Below are positions 55,802 through 64,000 of a stretch of 64,000 bases of DNA, piece after piece (position 1 is the first letter of the stretch; each line of letters opens with the position of its first letter). This stretch comes from Auanema rhodensis (taxonomy: Eukaryota; Animalia; Nematoda), in contig OZ059895.1 of assembly GCA_964057225.1 (NCBI GenBank), positions 15,314,001-15,378,000 of the forward strand, written 5' to 3'. A program made the position numbers and the translations under genes. The notes beneath the pieces were generated by a model. The model worked only from the letters and a program-made list of their open reading frames with translations. It did not search any database and was not told where the DNA came from.

Positions 55802-56093
55802 ACAAAGCTAAGTGTCCAAGAATTGTCATATATTCGCATTTCCGCTTTCATTTTTGATATTAATGTTTTGAAGTGCAATTAAAGTACAATCAATTAATTT
55901 AGTCAGGATGTTGCGAGTATGGGGGCGCATAATCAAGTTAAATATATGACTTTGTATTGCGGATTGTAAAATTAAAATTCAAAAGAGCGAGGATTTTATA
56001 AATTTCCAGGGTAATTTTATTCATATTCCCATCATGACAGCACAAAATACCAACAATTCTCCGGAAATCTTATTAATTTTGATATGGAATCTC

Positions 56094-58553
56094 TTATTTA
56101 CAGTATGAGACACGTATAGTTTCATCGTCTTCGCTGTCGCTACTGTCGTATTTGGTGGCAAATTCAGCGAAAATAGCATCGAAAATAGACTGAGGTGGTT
56201 TCTCCACATTCTCTTCGAGTTTTTCCTTTTCCTCAACTACTTTTTCTTCTTCAACAGGAATTGGATTTCGTCTTCTGAAGCAGGATAAGTAATATAAGAA
56301 AGATATCTTGAATGTACCTATGGAATACTTCCATAGTAGTATTTGGTAATCCTAGATTGACAAGACTGTCACTCTTGGCAACCTTCTGAAGATGAGGACA
56401 ACCAACAATAGTAGATCCAGGATACGGATGCGGAACATTAAATCTCTTCGCTAGTAAACTGTCCGGATGCCAGTCATAGGTGTTTCTCGTTTTTTCACCG
56501 AACATTCCGATTTTAACAGCAGCCAATTTATCTTCGTCTTTACGTCCAATCTGAAATACTCAAACGTATTCTCTTTAGGAGGAGAATGACCACACATTTC
56601 CACTAGATCCCGTTTCTTTGGTAAATTTATTCTGGAGTAATTCTAGAATAGGTAATGCTAATGAAGACTTTGCAAGTGGTTTAGATCGTGATCGAACTTC
56701 TGGCAGCATGCCTCGTTCCTCACTCGTTAATTGAGCTTCGAAATCCTTTTTTTCTGCTTCCCATTCCCAAACGGACATCTCAGCCGGTTGGGTATAAGGT
56801 AAACCTGGAAAAAAATGTTTTTCAATCAACCAAAAAGCACCTGCCTCTTCGTAAGTATTTCAAAAATTCTTTAAAGCGCCGTTGCTTCATTGGTTCATGA
56901 GGGAAAGCTATTCTATTCTGAAATTATACTTTTTTCATCCGAACATTACATGTTTGCAGTCATACCATGTCACCACTACTCTTCTCTTCACTTTGTATAA
57001 GCTCTTCATCGGTCATATCCCAACGACTTCGATGTTTTTCTTTCGATCTGTGTTTCGATGACTCAAGGTTTTTACGATCTTTACTTCCAACTAGTTCCAT
57101 AACTGTTGTACGATCTTCACCCAATAATCTGAATCTTTTGTTTAATGGAATGAAACAGTTAAATGACGTACCTAGCCCTCTGAACAACACTTAGTTGTTT
57201 CATAGCATTTTGAATATTCTGGGGAAGTTTCGCTGTATCTATTGCCTCTACCTTATGATGTGCCCTGAAGTTAGGTGGAAGTTTGGGAGCAGGATAGAAC
57301 TTCCTTGAATTTAATCTCTAAAACACAGAACAATCTAATAAATATAGTGAACTGAAAAAAACTATACACTAGGCATTTCTTGGAAAGATGCATCAACCTC
57401 AGGAGCATCAACATTTTGAGCTGGACCCCCGATAGCAAAGTCATATTGAGTTAAATCACAATTTGTATAAACACTCTCATCGTCCTTTTCGAAGACACCA
57501 ACCCCAAAAGCCTATATAAAACGATTTCAAAGTCTTTAATTTAGTATAAACTTCACACCTGTCCTCTGATTCCTTTTGATTTAGATTTCAATTTTAAACT
57601 TGCTTCTAACTTTCCGTATCTAAGCAAATTCATGAATGATTTTCAAAGTTGGTAATATCTTACCCTTCGTCAAGAACAGTGGTTTCTCTCAAACCTTTAT
57701 ATCCCAAACCAGATTGACCTTCCATTGGTTTGAGATGCTGCACCAATTCATCCTCTAATGCTAACTGATAACCAGGGGCGACCTTAGAAGCTTGTTGTCG
57801 ATCAAACTCAGCTTCCTTGGTTGTTCCTCCTAAAGAAAAATTATATCATAAAATTTACTTCATCCTATGATTTACCGCGTTCTCTGATCTGACGATTAGT
57901 TGCTAAACCGACTCCTCGACCTTCTCTCCAACCCATAGCTTTTAGCATTCGAATTCCAATTGATTCCCTATGATTCATTTTTTATTGTCGCCAATTCACA
58001 TTTCAACTAACTGAGTAGGTCGAACCATCGTCTCAATATGATCAGTCAGAGACGCCACTGTGCTAGGCTCATGTTCCCATGCAAAACGTCTTTTCTGATT
58101 TGTAGAGGGTGCAGAGGAAGAAGAAGCTCCACCAAAATCTCGAGACTTCTGGATTTTACGAGCGGAGAAACCGAATTCACCCAAATCCTCTTCGTCCATA
58201 ATATCTTCCGGTCTCATCTGATTCATCATAGATCTTTCGCCCCGGGACGATCTGAATTCTTGTGGAGTCCATCCTTAAAACCAATGTTCAGAGATAAGCC
58301 TATTGAAGGAGTTATATAAACCTTCTTTAGTTCCTACAGTATTGAAATAACCAGCAGAGAATCCTCCAGTGAAAGCTCCATGAAATCTACGTCTACCGTT
58401 ATCATCGGTAGCTATTTGGTCTTGTATGGCCGTAGGTTTTCGTGGAACACCAACTTCATTCAATAAATATGTATTATATCAAAGATAATAGTTCTTACTT
58501 GTGTCTTCATCTAAAGCCTCAAATTCTGTACCATATAAGGCAAGACTTGACAT
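56094..58553 (-). CDS. G-patch domain protein 1 (GPATCH1)
   Basis: [32 protein letters not shown]; [10 protein letters not shown]; G-patch [18 protein letters not shown]; [13 protein letters not shown]; [11 protein letters not shown]. Confidence 0.93.
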
Positions 58554-58723
58554 CTAAAACTTTCATACTTGTTGTCATATACTTTAAATTTTCAAAATAT
58601 TCTAATAGGGACAAAACCATATAAGAGTTGAACTGCATTGATTTAGATATTTACTTATCGAATACACATAACTTTAATCCTACATGACTATAAATAAAAA
58701 TTTGAACCGTTTGAATATTTTAT

Positions 58724-59499
58724 CTACTTGTTAACTTTGTTGAAGTATTCCTTGCTGGAAGCAACACCAGGCTTGATAGTTGGAGCATCATCCTTCCAGT
58801 CAGCAGGGCACACTTCTCCATGCTTTTCAAAGTATTGGAATGCTTTAAGAACACGTAAAGTTTCATCAACAGAACGTCCGACAGGCAAGTCGTTGCAAGT
58901 TGTATGTCTAACAACACCATTTGGATCGATGATGAACAATCCGCGGTAAGAAAGACCAGCTTCCTTTAAGGCGAAAAGGTAATTTAACGAGTTTGTGAAA
59001 AACTGTGCAAACCTGATCTAATACTCCAAAACTCTCAGCAATCTTCTTGTTGAAATCAGCAAGAACTGGGATGTTCATGTCACCTAATCCTCCATCTTTA
59101 CGTGGAGTTTGGGTCCATGCCAAATGGGAGAAGTGGGAATCACAAGAGCAGGCAACAATTTCGCATCCAAGCTTCTTGAACTCCTCAGCTCTATCGCTGA
59201 AGGCGATAATCTCGGTTGGGCATACAAAGGTGAAATCCAAAGGATAGAAGAAGAAAACGAGCCACTTTCCCTTGTAATCAGCAGCAGAGATACCCTATAC
59301 CATTTTAATTTAACTCCATTAAATTACCTTAACACACCTTGAAGTCACCATCAACAACGGCGGTTCCCTTGAAGTCTGGAAGAGCGCTCTTTGGTCCAAG
59401 AGGACGAAGTTGAGCCAAGGCTGGAGTTTTTGAAATTTGACGAACAGCGGTTACAGCGTGAGCTGATTGGCTTACGGCACGAAGAGCACTACGAAGCAT
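58724..59499 (-). CDS. prdx-3: Mitochondrial 2-Cys peroxiredoxin 3
   Basis: Presequence [11 protein letters not shown]...; [14 protein letters not shown]; HGEVCPADW. Confidence 0.96.
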
Positions 59500-59802
59500 T
59501 CTGAATCGTTCTTAGTAAAAACGAGAAATTGCTTCATAAAACTGATAATAAGGCGTTAAACGCAAAGAAACTTCAAAAACATATAGAATAGTCCCTTATT
59601 CGTGAAAAAGACAAGTACAATCTTGTGATACTTCATGAGGGAGGATCAATGAGAACATCAACGATTAAATTAAGTTTAACAGTATGAATAACGAAAACAG
59701 GTGATGGTTGAACTGTGGAAACACTCCAGGCGGAGAAGATCAAAGTTGGGTAAAATATATAAATTTAAATGATCCTGGTATGTCGGTACATGGAATAGAT
59801 TT

Positions 59803-60348
59803 TTAACGCTTTCCGGCCTTCTTGGGTGGTTTGACGAAGCACCAGCTGACGGCGATTTCTTGACCGAGAAGGTCAGAGTTGTTCAAATTTTCAATAGCCG
59901 CAGAAGCTTCCTGTAAATTTATTTAGTGAAGAATATTAAAAAACATTTAAAAAAAATAAAAACAATACCTTCTGAGTTTCGTACTCTACAAGGGCATATC
60001 CCTTCAAGTAACCAGTTCGTCTATCCAAGTTGAGATGAATACTCTTGATCTCTCCAAAATCGGCAAACTTATCATGGAGATCCTCTTCAGTGGCTTCTTC
60101 ATGGATATTGGTAACAAATACGATCCATCCCTAATAAAAAAGTTAGGACACACATTAGAAATAACAAATACCTCAACAGATCTCATTGGTCCTGATCCAG
60201 CTGAATCAGCTCCTTCTACAACATCATAAATGATCCTATCAGCTCTAGCACGAGGTTGTCCTAATCCACGACCCTTCGACTTGGAAGCACCAGCGGCGAT
60301 GTTGTCGTCATTTTCCATCTCAATATCGACATCAATAGACTCAGCCAT
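59803..60348 (-). CDS. rnp-4: Exon junction complex subunit Y14/RBM8A
   Basis: [59 protein letters not shown]. Confidence 0.96.
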
Positions 60349-60520
60349 GGTACTGATCTGAAATTTTCATTTATTTACACATCGATAATGAGAAAATCAA
60401 AAAATGCAAAGCCACATGCCCTTAGAAGGGAGGGCTCTACCGAGATACAAGAACTGCGAATACACAAGAAAATATACAAATTCAATAAATATGAACAGTG
60501 AGTAAGACCGGTAACAAAAT

Positions 60521-62026
60521 TTAAAAATTAAATCCTCCTCCGACAAGACGTCGCATTCGACGAGTATTACGATCTTGGTCACGCATTTTCTTTTCAATTT
60601 CAGCGTCAGTTAATGTTTCAAGGAACGGTCCCCACTGATCAGATTCCGCAGGATTTCTAAAACATGTTCATGATTTTAATTTTGAATTGACAATCTCAAA
60701 ACTGACCTAAATGGGCACTCAACAGTTGGTTGTGGGCTTTCTGAAAAAGCATAGGTTCGTTGGTTCCATTGAAGCTGTCCACGTATAGAGTATGCAATAG
60801 CAGAGGCGAATTCTCCACCTAAACCAAGTTCACTACAGATCGACCTGGCAAAGTCTTCAGGATTATTATTAGGTTCAGACATATCCCATCTAAATAGAAA
60901 CAAATAGTTAGCTTTGCATGGTTAAGGGAAACATACTCGAACTGATCTACTAAACTTTGATTTCCAACATTAATATTGAGCTTAAGAATTGCCCGTTGGT
61001 CAGAAACATTATTGTCGAGTGGTGGAGCTTCAGTGGCAGCTTCGAGCTTAAATAATATTGGTAATAAACAGTAATCTTTTGATTGAAAACCTGCTGATGT
61101 ATGGCGGCAGCAATGGCAGGTTGGAAATTATTGGAAGGCAAATCGAGATCTTCACAAAGAATTTCAGCAACCTTGAGAAGAAAAAACAATAAATAAACAA
61201 ACAAAGGTTAGTAATGAACCTGATCAGGAGTAATAAGCTTTTCGTTTCTATTGATACAAAAGGTATCTCTTAACTTAACACCTTCCAGTTCCATATCCAA
61301 GCGAATAGGAACGAGATCTTCTGGATTATCAGCGTTTTCGGCAACACTGAACAAACGATAACAAAATTTAAAAAAAAAGAAAATATTACCGCTTAGCCAA
61401 TTCTAAATCTTCAGCACTATATGCCACATCTCTAAGTTTAACGCGACCTCTGGAATGTGCAAGCGGGTAAGAGCATGGAACAGATTCCAAATGATGTGAT
61501 CCACTGGTGACCTATATATGGTTTAGCATGTATATATTGACTAATAATGACATACCTGCTGCCCTGCCCAAGCTCCACCTTGTTGTGGTTTTCCACCCTT
61601 TGCGGGAGTTTGATCAACGCGAGGTTGAGAAGGAGCGGCTCCAGCAGCTCTATATTTTTCCTCTTGTCCGTTTAACAGTTCATCAATTTCGTGAGCTTTA
61701 ACAAGCCTAACAATAGAAACAAATTTAAAATAAAAACAAAAAAGCAATAATACATGATATTCGTATGCATAAAAGCCTGAGACAACGCCAACTGCTTGAG
61801 TTTCTCTTTGTCTTCTTGAGTAGCTACTTTCCTCCATAACACGGGATATTTTTTATATAGAGTTCCTCTATGAAGTTTGAGATAAGCTCCTATCTCCGCT
61901 CCTACAAGATGAAGAAATAAGTTTTAATACACATGATGAAAATTTACCTATGTAATAACGTTCTCCTGAATCTTCCAGAGTAAAAGAATGTGGCCGAGGG
62001 CCATAGGTAGGTCCAACAACAGTCAT
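60521..62026 (-). CDS. snfc-5: SWI/SNF subunit SNF5/SMARCB1
   Basis: TYGPRPHSF; [10 protein letters not shown]; [21 protein letters not shown]; [14 protein letters not shown]; [26 protein letters not shown]. Confidence 0.96.
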
Positions 62027-62227
62027 TCTATAATCCGACACAAGATATACAACAAATTATACAAATCAGGATAAATCTGGATGTTTCTAATAAAACACAA
62101 GCAGAAACAATACTATATGAACAAAAAGAGCAAGCAAATACTTATATATCGTTGAAATTATAGCAAAAATTACAAGAAAAAATTGAAAATCTAATTTTCG
62201 AAACAAAAATCTATCTCAAAAACCCAA

Positions 62228-62312
62228 TGACGCGCAATACTTTAACCAAGCGAGGCGGTCAGCGGGAATTTGAACAAATTTCGCATTGGAGCGCGTTATG
62301 AACTAGACCGTG
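62228..62312. promoter_or_regulatory. Probable promoter of the snfc-5 operon-like block
   Basis: CpG-rich island (TGACGCGCAA, TTGGAGCGCGTT) in AT-rich intergenic DNA ~200 bp upstream of the snfc-5 ATG. Confidence 0.55.
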
Positions 62313-62414
62313 ACAATCATAATAGATATTAGAGTTTATTTTATATTGTAACAAATAACAAAAACAGTAAACAATAGATTTTCGTTAATTCTATGAAAAT
62401 CAACGATTTAGCAG

Positions 62415-63907
62415 TTACGTAAACGCAAAAGCATCTTTCAAAAAATCTTCCATAGCCGTCCTTGATGTTAATTCATTAAATACTCTTCTTTGAGTTGGAG
62501 AAAATTGATATCGGGTCATATATATAAGGTGCTGATGGAATAACTGAGTAGAAAGCCCTAATTTTGATGTAATATCAATCTGAAACAATTTAGAACATTA
62601 CCAAATTTCGATTTTAACATACGAAATCATTCACACATTCTGCAGGAGTATGGTCAAACCCGGCAAATAATGCTGGATTATATAAAAGTCCATTGGCCGA
62701 CATTAGTCCTACGATTACTTTTGAATATGTCATTTTAAATTGAAACAAACCATCAACTCCGGTTCTTTCGGCGATTTCTAAAGCTTGGCTCCTAGTTGTT
62801 ATGTCTCCATTCGCAATGATGGGAACACTGACAGAATCCTTTAATATTGTTTCTGGTTAAATTAAATAAACTGAGACCTAAGCATACTTTCACTATTCGA
62901 ATAGCATCATAATCTACGGGTTCGGCTCTCTGATGCGGTGTGCGACCATGAACAGTTAAATGAGTAACTCCAGCCTTTTCAGCCTACAAATAACCTAATA
63001 TGAATATGAAAAACGTAGAAGTAATTACTTTTCTACAAAGATCAATTGTTCTCTCAAGAGGGTACTGAACACGAATTTTTAAAGACACCTGTGAAAAAAA
63101 GAAATAAAAAATATTAATTATTAATTACAAACTGAATAATTTGGATCATTAACAGCCTCTTTGGTTTGTCTAACAATATCAGCTAGTAATTCGGGTTTAT
63201 TGAGTAAAAAACTACCAAATCCTCTGGCTCGAACATCCCCTTTCGGACATCCACAATTTAGATCTACACCAGTGGAATGTCTTTAAGAATATTTTCAATT
63301 TGAGTACTATTTCAATAGACAAACTTGTAAACTACTTGAGCTGCAGAAGCAAAAATGAATGGATCATCAGCAGCAAACTGTACAATTAGTGGTTTGTCAC
63401 CTTAAAAAAATTAAAATACGACACATCTTATGAATTTTTAATAAAGAAGTTTGCCACGTTTCAATTTACTTCGTCTATGACTTGTTATGTTTTATTGTTA
63501 AAATTACAAGAATGCAACCGCTCCAAATCAAAGAGAAAAAAGAAAGAAATTTCAAACTTTTATCAACATTATTACGTCAAGTTATCTAAGTTGAAAGACT
63601 GAACTATTTCAAAAAAGATAAGAAATTTATGATATAACTAACTTGGAATTGTTGTGAATTCGCTTTTTCTACAATAATCTGATTCTAAAAAATTTTTGGC
63701 ATAAATCATAGGTGTATAACAACAATCAACATCATACTTGCGAACTAATTCTCGGAATGGTAGTCTATTGAATTAAAAATAAAGTAATAATAATATATAT
63801 TGAACTTACTTTGAATATCGAACCATGGGAGCTAAATAAAATAATGGCCTATCCTTTATTTCTTTTATGGATTTATCGCACACATCTTTAACATCTGAGC
63901 TATCCAT
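62415..63907 (-). CDS. tRNA-dihydrouridine synthase 4-like (DUS4L)
   Basis: LAPMVRYSKLPFRELVRKY..CYTPMI; PLIVQFAA; VDLNCGCP; LTVHGRT; PIIANGDI. Confidence 0.93.
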
Positions 63908-64000
63908 ATTGAATATAAATATGGCTTTAAGGCAAAATGATTTAATAGCCGAAGGCAAAAGTCTGAAGATTAAACAGGTACTGTATAGAAGTTCGAGTTT

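Overview
AT-rich eukaryotic DNA, almost certainly from a rhabditine nematode other than C. elegans: many 43-60 nt introns, TTTCAG/TTTTAG-type acceptors directly before start codons (trans-splice-like), operon-like spacing, and a gene set I recall as C. elegans chromosome III genes. There are two compartments. Bases 1 to ~15.1 kb are gene-poor and microsatellite-rich, holding the 5' part of a tbc-8/SGSM RUN-domain gene (minus strand, running off the left edge) and its long upstream region. The rest is gene-dense, with about 20 spliced genes: KANSL2/sumv-1-like, PDS5, MPC1, an RGG/MPLKIP-like protein, CDK12, LASP, ESS2, an NHL-like beta-propeller, CISD3, an NCBP2AS2-like microprotein, GLTP, ATP synthase subunit c, a Slingshot phosphatase, SLC28, an orphan tail-anchored protein, a snfc-5/rnp-4/prdx-3/GPATCH1 operon-like block, and DUS4. 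Best leads: an intact Slingshot (reported absent from C. elegans), two strand-specific multi-branch RNA folds in non-coding space (25.8 and 28.2 kb), a complex spliced 3' end of cdk-12, a four-part motif repeated at two non-promoter sites, and relaxed splice signals (frequent AAG acceptors, two GC donors). I recognised no tRNA, rRNA, SL RNA, CRISPR array or autonomous transposon. Gene models were spliced by hand, and homologies come from recalled family motifs, not database searches.
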